A DNA stretch of 64,000 nucleotides from the human T2T-CHM13v2.0 reference genome, Homo sapiens, in assembly GCF_009914755.1 (NCBI RefSeq), contig NC_060948.1. One strand, given 5' to 3'. The notes beneath the pieces were generated by a model. It was not told the DNA's origin, made no database searches, and saw only the letters and a program-made list of their open reading frames with translations. Positions 41,500 to 56,143 of this stretch are shown here, in pieces. Each line of letters starts with the position of its first letter. Position 1 is the stretch's first letter. The translations under genes and the position numbers were made by a program.

Positions 41500-44400
41500 A
41501 TTGACTCCAATGGAATGGAATCGAATGGAATGGAAGTGAATAGAATGGAACTAAATCGAATGGAATGGAATTGATAGGAACGGAATGGAAAGGAATGCAA
41601 TGATTTGGCATGGAATGGAATCGAATGGCATCGAATGGAATGGAATGGAATGCAATGGAATGGAATGTATTAGAATGTAATGAACTTTAATGGAATGTAC
41701 TCGAATGGATTCGACTGGAATGGAATGTTCTGGAAGTGAATGGACTCCAATGGAATGGATTCAAAGGAATGGAATCGTACGGAATGGAATCTAATGGAAT
41801 GGAATTAAATGGAAATGAATCAAATTGAATAGCACGGAATTGAATTGAATGGAATCGAATGCAATGGAATCTAATGAAACGGAAAGGAAAGGAATGCAAT
41901 GGAATGGAATGGGCTGGAATGGAAAGGAATCGAAACGAATGGAATGGAATCGAACTGAAGAGACTGGAATGGAATGCACTGGAATGGAAGGGAGTGTAAT
42001 GGAAGGTTCTCGAAAAAAATGGAATCGAATGGAATGGAATTGAATGGAACGGAATAGAGTCGAATGGAATTGAATGGAATGGAATGGACTAGAGTGAAAT
42101 GGAATCGAACCACAAGGAATGGAGAGGAATAGAATGGTCTCGAATTGAATGGAATCGTATGGAATGGCATCAAACGGAATGGAATGGACAGCCACGGAAT
42201 GGAATGCACTCGAATGCAATGGAGTCGAAACTAATGGACTGGAATAGAATGGACTCGACTGGTACGGACTCCAATGGAAGGGAATCGAATGGAAGGGAAT
42301 CGAACGGAATGGACTCGAAGGGAAAAGACTGCAATGGAAAGGTCTCGAATGGAATGGAAATTAATGGAATGGAATGGAATCGAATGAAATGGAGTCAAAA
42401 GGAATGGAATCGAATGGCAAGAAATCGAATGTAATGGAATCGCAAGGAATTGATGTGAGCGGAACGGAATGGAATGGAATCCAAAGGAATGGAATAGAAT
42501 GGAATGGAATCGAATGGAAAGGACTCGAATGGAAATCACTGGAATAGAATGCAATTTAATAAAATAGGATCAAATGTAATGGAATGGAATGGAAAGGAAT
42601 CGAAACGAAAGGAATGGAGACAGATGGAATGGAATAGAACAGAGAGCAATGGTATAGAATGGAATCGAATCATCTGGAATGGAATTGAATGGAATGGAAT
42701 AATATGAAATGGAATGGAATGGAATGGAATGGAATGCCCTTGAATTAAATGGACTGGAATGGAATGGACTCGAACAGAGTGGAATGGAAAGTGTTGAGAT
42801 AGAATGGAATGGACTCGTTTGGAATGGTCTAGTATGCAATGCAATCGACTGGCAGGGAATCAAAAGGAATGTAATCGAATGGATTGGACTGGAATGCAAT
42901 GGACTCGAATAGATTGCAAACGGAATGCAAAGGAATGGAATGGAATAGTATGGAATGGAATGGAAAGGAATGGAGTGGAATAGACTAGAGTGGAATGGAA
43001 TGGACTGGAAAGCAATGGACTGGAATGGAACTTTCTTGAATGGACTGGAATCAAACGGAATGGAATGCAATGCAATCAAATGGCATGGAACAAAATAGAA
43101 TGAAAGAGAATCAAATGGAATTGAATCGAATGGAATCGAATGGATTGGAAAGGAATAGAATGGAATGGAATGGAATGGACTAGAATGGAATGGATTCGAA
43201 TGGAAGGCAAAGGAATGGAATCTATTGGAATGGACTGTAATGGAATGGAATGGAAGGGATTGGAATGGACTCGAATGGAATGGACTGCAATAGAAAGGAT
43301 TCGAATGGAATGAAAAAGAATTGAATGGAATAGAACAGAATGGAATCAAATCGAATGAAATGGAATGGAATAGAAAGGAATGGAATGAAATGGAATGGAA
43401 AGGATTCGAATGGAATGCAATCGAATGGAATGGAATCGAACGGAATGGAATAAAATGGAAGAAAACTGGCAAGAAATGGAATCGAAATGAATGGAGTGTT
43501 ATGGAACGGACTCAAAAGGAATTGAATGTAATAGAATGGAGTGGAGTGGACTCGAATATAATGGACTGGAATGGAATGAAATCACATGGAATGGGAACGA
43601 ATGGAATGGAATGGAAAGGAATGGAATCGAATGGAAAGGAATCGAATGGAAGGGAATGAAATTGAATCAACAGGAATGGAAGGGAATAGAATAGACGGTA
43701 ATGGAATGGACTCGAATAGAATGGACACGAATGCTCAAATTGAATGGACTCGAATGGAATGGAAACGAAAGGAATGTCATCGAATGGAATTGAATCGATT
43801 GGAATGAAATCGCATAGACTGGAGTGGAATCAAATGGAATTGAATCGAAAGGAAAGGAAGCGAATGGACTGAAATGAAATGGAATGGAATTGAATGGAAA
43901 GTAATGCAATGGAATAGAATGGAACGAAATTTCACGGAATGGAATCAAAATGAATGGAATCAAATCAATGGAATCTAATCAAATGGAATGGAAAGGAATT
44001 GAATGGAGTAGATTGGATTGGATGGGATTGGAATGAAATGTACTGGAAAGGACTCGAATTTCATGAAACGGAATGGAATGAATTGGAACGGAATGGACTC
44101 GAATGGAATGGAATGTCATGGAATGGCATCAAATGGAATGGCATCAAATGGAATGGAATCGAATGCAATGGAATGCTATGGAATGGAATGGAATGCATTG
44201 GAATGGAATGTCCTCTAATGGAATGGATTCGAGTGGAATGGAATCGAATATAATGGAGTCGAATGAAATGGAATTGAAAGGAATGGGATCGAATAGAATG
44301 GAATATACTGAAATGTAATGTAATGAACTCGAATATAATTGACTGGAATGGAATGTACATGAATGGAATGTAATCGAATGGAAAGTAATCCAATGGAATA

Positions 44401-47400
44401 GAATCTAATGCAATAAAACCGACTCAGATAGAGTAGAATGTAATGGAATGGAGTGCAGTGCAATGGAATGGAATGGAATTGAATGCAATGGAATGGAATG
44501 GAATGGAATGGAATGGAATGGAATGGAATGGAATGGGATGGAATGGTATGGAATGGATAGTAATGGACTGGAGTGAAATGGACTGGAAAGGAATGGACTC
44601 AAATTGAAAGGGCTCGAAAGGAATGGAGTCAAATGGAATGGTCTGGAATGGAATGAACACGAGTGTAATGCAATCCAATAGAATGGAAACGAATGACATG
44701 GAATATAAAGAAATGGAATCGAAGAGAATGGAAACAAATGGAATGGAATTGAATGGAATGGAATTGAATGGAATGGGAACGAATGGAGTGAAATTGTATG
44801 CAGTAGAAGGGAATAGAATGGAATGCAAGCGAAAGGAAAGGAATGGATTGGAATGGAATGGAATTCATTGGAATGGAAGGGAATGTAGTGTAATGGACAG
44901 GCCTGGAATAAAGTGGAATGCTACGGTCTCGAATGGAATAAAAATGTATGGAATGGAATGCAATGAAACGGAATCGAATGTCATAGAATGTAATGGAATG
45001 CAACAAAATGGAATCCAAAATCATTGACTGGAAAGGCTGGATGTCGAAAGGAATTGACTCCAATGGAATGGAATCGAATGGAATGGAAGTGAATAGAATC
45101 GAACTAAATCGAATGGAATGGAATTGATAGGAACGGAATGGAAAGGAATGCAATGATTTGGCATGGAATGGAATCGAATGGCATCGAATGGAATGGAATG
45201 GAATGCAATGGAATGGAATGTATTAGAATGTAATGAACTTTAATGGAATGTACTCGAATGGATTCGACTGGAATGGAATGTTCTGGAAGTGAATGGACTC
45301 CAATGGAATGGATTCAAAAGGAATGGAATCGTACGGAATGGAATCTAATGGAATGGAATTAAATGGAAATGAATCAAATTGAATAGCACGGAATTGAATT
45401 GAATGGAATCGAATGCAATGGAATCTAATGAAACGGAAAGGAAAGGAATGCAATGGAATGGAATGGGCTGGAATGGAAAGGAATCGAAACGAATGGAATG
45501 GAATCGAACTGAAGAGACTGGAATGGAATGCACTGGAATGGAAGGGAGTGTAATGGAAGGTTCTCGAAAAAAATGGAATCGAATGGAATGGAATTGAATG
45601 GAACGGAATAGAGTCGAATGGAATTGAATGGAATGGAATGGACTAGAGTGAAATGGAATCGAACCACAAGGAATGGAGAGGAATAGAATGGTCTCGAATT
45701 GAATGGAATCGTATGGAATGGCATCAAACGGAATGGAATGGACAGCCACGGAATGGAATGCACTCGAATGCAATGGAGTCGAAACTAATGGACTGGAATA
45801 GAATGGACTCGACTGGTACGGACTCCAATGGAAGGGAATCGAATGGAAGGGAATCGAACGGAATGGACTCGAAGGGAAAAGACTGCAATGGAAAGGTCTC
45901 GAATGGAATGGAAATTAATGGAATGGAATGGAATCGAATGAAATGGAGTCAAAAGGAATGGAATCGAATGGCAAGAAATCGAATGTAATGGAATCGCAAG
46001 GAATTGATGTGAACGGAACGGAATGGAATGGAATCCAAAGGAATGGAATAGAATGGAATGGAATCGAATGGAAAGGACTCGAATGGAAATCACTGGAATA
46101 GAATGCAATTTAATAAAATAGGATCAAATGTAATGGAATGGAATGGAAAGGAATCGAAACGAAAGGAATGGAGACAGATGGAATGGAATAGAACAGAGAG
46201 CAATGGTATAGAATGGAATCGAATCATCTGGAATGGAATTGAATGGAATGGAATAATATGAAATGGAATGGAATGGAATGGAATGGAATGCCCTTGAATT
46301 AAATGGACTGGAATGGAATGGACTCGAACAGAGTGGAATGGAAAGTGTTGAGATAGAATGGAATGGACTCGTTTGGAATGGTCTAGTATGCAATGCAATC
46401 GACTGGCAGGGAATCAAAAGGAATGTAATCGAATGGATTGGACTGGAATGCAATGGACTCGAATAGATTGCAAACGGAATGCAAAGGAATGGAATGGAAT
46501 AGTATGGAATGGAATGGAAAGGAATGGAGTGGAATAGACTAGAGTGGAATGGAATGGACTGGAAAGCAATGGACTGGAATGGAACTTTCTTGAATGGACT
46601 GGAATCAAACGGAATGGAATGCAATGCAATCAAATGGCATGGAATAAAATAGAATGAAAGAGAATCAAATGGAATTGAATCGAATGGAATCGAATGGATT
46701 GGAAAGGAATAGAATGGAATGGAATGGAATTGACTCAAATGGAATGGACTAGAATGGAATGGATTCGAATGGAAGGCAAAGGAATGGAATCTATTGGAAT
46801 GGACTGTAATGGAATGGAATGGAAGGGATTGGAATGGACTCGAATGGAATGGACTGCAATAGAAAGGATTCGAATGGAATGAAAAAGAATTGAATGGAAT
46901 AGAACAGAATGGAATCAAATCGAATGAAATGGAATGGAATAGAAAGGAATGGAATGAAATGGAATGGAAAGGATTCGAATGGAATGCAATCGAATGGAAT
47001 GGAATCGAACGGAATGGAATAAAATGGAAGAAAACTGGCAAGAAATGGAATCGAAATGAATGGAGTGTTATGGAACGGACTCAAAAGGAATTGAATGTAA
47101 TAGAATGGAGTGGAGTGGACTCGAATATAATGGACTGGAATGGAATGAAATCACATGGAATGGGAACGAATGGAATGGAATGGAAAGGAATGGAATCGAA
47201 TGGAAAGGAATCGAATGGAAGGGAATGAAATTGAATCAACAGGAATGGAAGGGAATAGAATAGACGGTAATGGAATGGACTCGAATAGAATGGACACGAA
47301 TGCTCAAATTGAATGGACTCGAATGGAATGGAAACGAAAGGAATGTCATCGAATGGAATTGAATGGATTGGAATGAAATCGCATAGAATGGAGTGGAATC

Positions 47401-50400
47401 AAATGGAATTGAATCGAAAGGAAAGGAAGCGAATGGACTGAAATGAAATGGAATGGAATTGAATGGAAAGTAATGCAATGGAATAGAATGGAACGAAATT
47501 TCACGGAATGGAATCAAACTGAATGGAATCAAATCAATGGAATCTAATCAAATGGAATGGAAAGGAATTGAATGGAGTAGATTGGATTGGATGGGATTGG
47601 AATGAAATGTACTGGAAAGGACTCGAATTTCATGAAACGGAATGGAATGAATTGGAACGGAATGGACTCGAATGGAATGGAATGTCATGGAATGGCATCA
47701 AATGGAATGGCATCAAATGGAATGGAATCGAATGCAATGGAATGCTATGGAATGGAATGGAATGCATTGGAATGGAATGTCCTCTAATGGAATGGATTCG
47801 AGTGGAATGGAATCGAATATAATGGAGTCGAATGAAATGGAATTGAAAGGAATGGGATCGAATAGAATGGAATATACTGAAATGTAATGTAATGAACTCG
47901 AATATAATTGACTGGAATGGAATGTACATGAATGGAATGTAATCGAATGGAAAGTAATCCAATGGAATAGAATCTAATGCAATAAAACCGACTCAGATAG
48001 AGTAGAATGTAATGGAATGGAGTGCAGTGCAATGGAATGGAATGGAATTGAATGCAATGGAATGGAATGGAATGGAATGGAATGGAATGGAATGGAATGG
48101 AATGGAATGGAATGGGATGGAATGGTATGGAATGGATAGTAATGGACTGGAGTGAAATGGACTGGAAAGGAATGGACTCAAATTGAAAGGGCTCGAAAGG
48201 AATGGAGTCAAATGCAATGGTCTGGAATGGAATGAACACGAGTGTAATGTAATCCAATAGAATGGAAACGAATGACATGGAATATAAAGAAATGGAATCG
48301 AAGAGAATGGAAACAAATGGAATGGAATTGAATGGAATGGAATTGAATGGAATGGGAACGAATGGAGTGAAATTGTATGCAGTAGAAGGGAATAGAATGG
48401 AATGCAAGCGAAAGGAAAGGAATGGATTGGAATGGAATGGAATTCATTGGAATGGAAGGGAATGTAGTGTAATGGACAGGCCTGGAATAAAGTGGAATGC
48501 TACGGTCTCGAATGGAATAAAAATGTATGGAATGGAATGCAATGAAACGGAATCGAATGTCATAGAATGTAATGGAATGCAACAAAATGGAATCCAAAAT
48601 CATTGACTGGAAAGGCTGGGTGTCGAAAGGAATTGACTCCAATGGAATGGAATCGAATGGAATGGAAGTGAATAGAATGGAACTAAATCGAATGGAATGG
48701 AATTGATAGGAACGGAATGGAAAGGAATGCAATGATTTGGCATGGAATGGAATCGAATGGCATCGAATGGAATGGAATGGAATGCAATGGAATGGAATGT
48801 ATTAGAATGTAATGAACTTTAATGGAATGTACTCGAATGGATTCGACTGGAATGGAATGTTCTGGAAGTGAATGGACTCCAATGGAATGGATTCAAAGGA
48901 ATGGAATCGTACGGAATGGAATCTAATGGAATGGAATTAAATGGAAATGAATCAAATTGAATAGCACGGAATTGAATTGAATGGAATCGAATGCAATGGA
49001 ATCTAATGAAACGGAAAGGAAAGGAATGCAATGGAATGGAATGGGCTGGAATGGAAAGGAATCGAAACGAATGGAATGGAATCGAACTGAAGAGACTGGA
49101 ATGGAATGCACTGGAATGGAAGGGAGTGTAATGGAAGGTTCTCGAAAAAAATGGAATCGAATGGAATGGAATTGAATGGAACGGAATAGAGTCGAATGGA
49201 ATTGAATGGAATGGAATGGACTAGAGTGAAATGGAATCGAACCACAAGGAATGGAGAGGAATAGAATGGTCTCGAATTGAATGGAATCGTATGGAATGGC
49301 ATCAAACGGAATGGAATGGACAGCCACGGAATGGAATGCACTCGAATGCAATGGAGTCGAAACTAATGGACTGGAATAGAATGGACTCGACTGGTACGGA
49401 CTCCAATGGAAGGGAATCGAATGGAAGGGAATCGAACGGAATGGACTCGAAGGGAAAAGACTGCAATGGAAAGGTCTAGAATGGAATGGAAATTAATGGA
49501 ATGGAATGGAATCGCATGAAATGGAATCAAAAGGAATGGAATCGAATGGCAAGAAATCGAATGTAATGGAATCGCAAGGAATTGATGTGAGCGGAACGGA
49601 ATGGAATGGAATCCAAAGGAATGGAATAGAATGGAATGGAATCGAATGGAAAGGACTCGAATGGAAATCACTGGAATAGAATGCAATTTAATAAAATAGG
49701 ATCAAATGTAATGGAATGGAATGGAAAGGAATCGAAACGAAAGGAATGGAGACAGATGGAATGGAATAGAACAGAGAGCAATGGTATAGAATGGAATGGA
49801 ATCATCTGGAATGGAATTGAATGGAATGGAATAATATGAAATGGAATGGAATGGAATGGAATGGAATGCCCTTGAATTAAATGGACTGGAATGGAATGGA
49901 CTCGAACAGAGTGGAATGGAAAGTGTTGAGATAGAATGGAATGGACTCGTTTGGAATGCTCTAGTATGCAATGCAATCGACTGGCAGGGAATCAAAAGGA
50001 ATGTAATCGAATGGATTGGACTGGAATGCAATGGACTCGAATAGATTGCAAACGGAATGCAAAGGAATGGAATGGAATAGTATGGAATGGAATGGAAAGG
50101 AATGGAGTGGAATAGACTAGAGTGGAATGGAATGGACTGGAAAGCAATGGACTGGAATGGAACTTTCTTGAATGGACTGGAATCAAACGGAATGGAATGC
50201 AATGCAATCAAATGGCATGGAATAAAATAGAATGAAAGAGAATCAAATGGAATTGAATCGAATGGAATCGAATGGATTGGAAAGGAATAGAATGGAATGG
50301 AATGGAATGGACTAGAATGGAATGGATTCGAATGGAAGGCAAAGGAATGGAATCTATTGGAATGGACTGTAATGGAATGGAATGGAAGGGATTGGAATGG

Positions 50401-53400
50401 ACTCGAATGGAATGGACTGCAATAGAAAGGATTCGAATGGAATGAAAAAGAATTGAATGGAATAGAACAGAATGGAATCAAATCGAATGAAATGGAATGG
50501 AATAGAAAGGAATGGAATGAAATGGAATGGAAAGGATTCGAATGGAATGCAATCGAATGGAATGGAATCGAACGGAATGGAATAAAATGGAAGAAAACTG
50601 GCAAGAAATGGAATCGAAATGAATGGAGTGTTATGGAACGGACTCAAAAGGAATTGAATGTAATAGAATGGAGTGGAGTGGACTCGAATATAATGGACTG
50701 GAATGGAATGAAATCACATGGAATGGGAACGAATGGAATGGAATGGAAAGGAATGGAATCGAATGGAAAGGAATCGAATGGAAGGGAATGAAATTGAATC
50801 AACAGGAATGGAAGGGAATAGAATAGACGGTAATGGAATGGACTCGAATAGAATGGACACGAATGCTCAAATTGAATGGACTCGAATGGAATGGAAACGA
50901 AAGGAATGTCATCGAATGGAATTGAATCGATTGGAATGAAATCGCATAGAATGGAGTGGAATCAAATGGAATTGAATCGAAAGGAAAGGAAGCGAATGGA
51001 CTGAAATGAAATGGAATGGAATTGAATGGAAAGTAATGCAATGGAATAGAATGGAACGAAATTTCACGGAATGGAATCAAACTGAATGGAATCAAATCAA
51101 TGGAATCTAATCAAATGGAATGGAAAGGAATTGAATGGAGTAGATTGGATTGGATGGGATTGGAATGAAATGTACTGGAAAGGACTCGAATTTCATGAAA
51201 CGGAATGGAATGAATTGGAACGGAATGGACTCGAATGGAATGGAATGTCATGGAATGGCATCAAATGGAATGGCATCAAATGGAATGGAATCGAATGCAA
51301 TGGAATGCTATGGAATGGAATGGAATGCATTGGAATGGAATGTCCTCTAATGGAATGGATTCGAGTGGAATGGAATCGAATATAATGGAGTCGAATGAAA
51401 TGGAATTGAAAGGAATGGGATCGAATAGAATGGAATATACTGAAATGTAATGTAATGAACTCGAATATAATTGACTGGAATGGAATGTACATGAATGGAA
51501 TGTAATCGAATGGAAAGTAATCCAATGGAATAGAATCTAATGCAATAAAACCGACTCAGATAGAGTAGAATGTAATGGAATGGAGTGCAGTGCAATGGAA
51601 TGGAATGGAATTGAATGCAATGGAATGGAATGGAATGGAATGGAATGGAATGGAATGGAATGGGATGGAATGGTATGGAATGGATAGTAATGGACTGGAG
51701 TGAAATGGACTGGAAAGGAATGGACTCAAATTGAAAGGGCTCGAAAGGAATGGAGTCAAATGGAATGGTCTGGAATGGAATGAACACGAGTGTAATGCAA
51801 TCCAATAGAATGGAAACGAATGACATGGAATATAAAGAAATGGAATCGAAGAGAATGGAAACAAATGGAATGGAATTGAATGGAATGGAATTGAATGGAA
51901 TGGGAACGAATGGAGTGAAATTGTATGCAGTAGAAGGGAATAGAATGGAATGCAAGCGAAAGGAAAGGAATGGATTGGAATGGAATGGAATTCATTGGAA
52001 TGGAAGGGAATGTAGTGTAATGGACAGGCCTGGAATAAAGTGGAATGCTACGGTCTCGAATGGAATAAAAATGTATGGAATGGAATGCAATGAAACGGAA
52101 TCGAATGTCATAGAATGTAATGGAATGCAACAAAATGGAATCCAAAATCATTGACTGGAAAGGCTGGGTGTCGAAAGGAATTGACTCCAATGGAATGGAA
52201 TCGAATGGAATGGAAGTGAATAGAATGGAACTAAATCGAATGGAATGGAATTGATAGGAACGGAATGGAAAGGAATGCAATGATTTGGCATGGAATGGAA
52301 TCGAATGGCATCGAATGGAATGGAATGGAATGCAATGGAATGGAATGTATTAGAATGTAATGAACTTTAATGGAATGTACTCGAATGGATTCGACTGGAA
52401 TGGAATGTTCTGGAAGTGAATGGACTCCAATGGAATGGATTCAAAAGGAATGGAATCGTACGGAATGGAATCTAATGGAATGGAATTAAATGGAAATGAA
52501 TCAAATTGAATAGCACGGAATTGAATTGAATGGAATCGAATGCAATGGAATCTAATGAAACGGAAAGGAAAGGAATGCAATGGAATGGAATGGGCTGGAA
52601 TGGAAAGGAATCGAAACGAATGGAATGGAATCGAACTGAAGAGACTGGAATGGAATGCACTGGAATGGAAGGGAGTGTAATGGAAGGTTCTCGAAAAAAA
52701 TGGAATCGAATGGAATGGAATTGAATGGAACGGAATAGAGTCGAATGGAATTGAATGGAATGGAATGGACTAGAGTGAAATGGAATCGAACCACAAGGAA
52801 TGGAGAGGAATAGAATGGTCTCGAATTGAATGGAATCGTATGGAATGGCATCAAACGGAATGGAATGGACAGCCACGGAATGGAATGCACTCGAATGCAA
52901 TGGAGTCGAAACTAATGGACTGGAATAGAATGGACTCGACTGGTACGGACTCCAATGGAAGGGAATCGAATGGAAGGGAATCGAAGGGAATGGACTCGAA
53001 GGGAAAAGACTGCAATGGAAAGGTCTCGAATGGAATGGAAATTAATGGAATGGAATGGAATCGAATGAAATGGAGTCAAAAGGAATGGAATCGAATGGCA
53101 AGAAATCGAATGTAATGGAATCGCAAGGAATTGATGTGAACGGAACGGAATGGAATGGAATCCAAAGGAATGGAATAGAATGGAATGGAATCGAATGGAA
53201 AGGACTCGAATGGAAATCACTGGAATAGAATGCAATTTAATAAAATAGGATCAAATGTAATGGAATGGAATGGAAAGGAATCGAAACGAAAGGAATGGAG
53301 ACAGATGGAATGGAATAGAACAGAGAGCAATGGTATAGAATGGAATGGAATCATCTGGAATGGAATCGAATGGAATGGAATAATATGAAATGGAATGGAA

Positions 53401-55101
53401 TGGAATGGAATGGAATGCCCTTGAATTAAATGGACTGGAATGGAATGGACTCGAACAGAGTGGAATGGAAAGTGTTGAGATAGAATGGAATGGACTCGTT
53501 TGGAATGGTCTAGTATGCAATGCAATCGACTGGCAGGGAATCAAAAGGAATGTAATCGAATGGATTGGACTGGAATGCAATGGACTCGAATAGATTGCAA
53601 ACGGAATGCAAAGGAATGGAATGGAATAGTATGGAATGGAATGGAAAGGAATGGAGTGGAATAGACTAGAGTGGAATGGAATGGACTGGAAAGCAATGGA
53701 CTGGAATGGAACTTTCTTGAATGGACTGGAATCAAACGGAATGGAATGCAATGCAATCAAATGGCATGGAATAAAATAGAATGAAAGAGAATCAAATGGA
53801 ATTGAATCGAATGGAATCGAATGGATTGGAAAGGAATAGAATGGAATGGAATGGAATTGACTCAAATGGAATGGACTAGAATGGAATGGATTCGAATGGA
53901 TGGCAAAGGAATGGAATCTATTGGAATGGACTGTAATGGAATGGAATGGAAGGGATTGGAATGGACTCGAATGGAATGGACTGCAATAGAAAGGATTCGA
54001 ATGGAATGAAAAAGAATTGAATGGAATAGAACAGAATGGAATCAAATCGAATGAAATGGAATGGAATAGAAAGGAATGGAATGAAATGGAATGGAAAGGA
54101 TTCGAATGGAATGCAATCGAATGGAATGGAATCGAACGGAATGGAATAAAATGGAAGAAAACTGGCAAGAAATGGAATCGAAATGAATGGAGTGTTATGG
54201 AACGGACTCAAAAGGAATTGAATGTAATAGAATGGAGTGGAGTGGACTCGAATATAATGGACTGGAATGGAATGAAATCACATGGAATGGGAACGAATGG
54301 AATGGAATGGAAAGGAATGGAATCGAATGGAAAGGAATCGAATGGAAGGGAATGAAATTGAATCAACAGGAATGGAAGGGAATAGAATAGACGGTAATGG
54401 AATGGACTCGAATAGAATGGACACGAATGCTCAAATTGAATGGACTCGAATGGAATGGAAACGAAAGGAATGTCATCGAATGGAATTGAATCGATTGGAA
54501 TGAAATCGCATAGAATGGAGTGGAATCAAATGGAATTGAATCGAAAGGAAAGGAAGCGAATGGACTGAAATGAAATGGAATGGAATTGAATGGAAAGTAA
54601 TGCAATGGAATAGAATGGAACGAAATTTCACGGAATGGAATCAAACTGAATGGAATCAAATCAATGGAATCTAATCAAATGGAATGGAAAGGAATTGAAT
54701 GGAGTAGATTGGATTGGATGGGATTGGAATGAAATGTACTGGAAAGGACTCGAATTTCATGAAACGGAATGGAATGAATTGGAACGGAATGGACTCGAAT
54801 GTAATGGAATGTCATGGAATGGCATCAAATGGAATGGCATCAAATGGAATGGAATCGAATGCAATGGAATGCTATGGAATGGAATGGAATGCATTGGAAT
54901 GGAATGTCCTCTAATGGAATGGATTCGAGTGGAATGGAATCGAATATAATGGAGTCGAATGAAATGGAATTGAAAGGAATGGGATCGAATAGAATGGAAT
55001 ATACTGAAATGTAATGTAATGAACTCGAATATAATTGACTGGAATGGAATGTACATGAATGGAATGTAATCGAATGGAAAGTAATCCAATGGAATAGAAT
55101 C
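41500..55101 (+). repeat. Two-unit higher-order duplication of DYZ1, period ~7.13 kb (start boundary approximate)
   Basis: A 1-bp deletion (ttcaaagg) at 41760/48892, gtgagcgg at 42455/49587 and a 15-bp deletion at ~43175/~50307 all recur at 7132 bp. gaattgactcaa at 46727/53854 recurs at 7127 bp. Confidence 0.8.

Positions 55102-56143
<1,042 letters not shown>

Larger units (their letters stand above)
1..55101 (+). repeat. DYZ1: Human satellite 3 array, DYZ1 type (HSat3A6): diverged (GGAAT)n in ~3.56 kb tandem units, GGAAT strand on +
   Basis: Continuous GGAAT-derived pentamers. The landmark atctgga starts units at 1, 3575, 7094, 10653, 14212, 17786, 21325, 24884, 28448, 32002, 35546, 39104, 42672, 46226, 49804 and 53353 (unit lengths 3519-3578). 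Each complete unit has an EcoRI site (gaattc, 2210-2215 in unit 1) and a HaeIII/StuI site (aggcct, 2248-2253), consistent with the classical ~3.4-3.56 kb male-specific DYZ1 fragment. The adjacent DYZ2-type array supports Yq12. Confidence 0.96.

Noticed and set aside
1-55101. Strand switch or inversion within the satellite
   Set aside because: No ATTCC-oriented stretch was seen on the + strand; all DYZ1 units and all four Alus keep one orientation.
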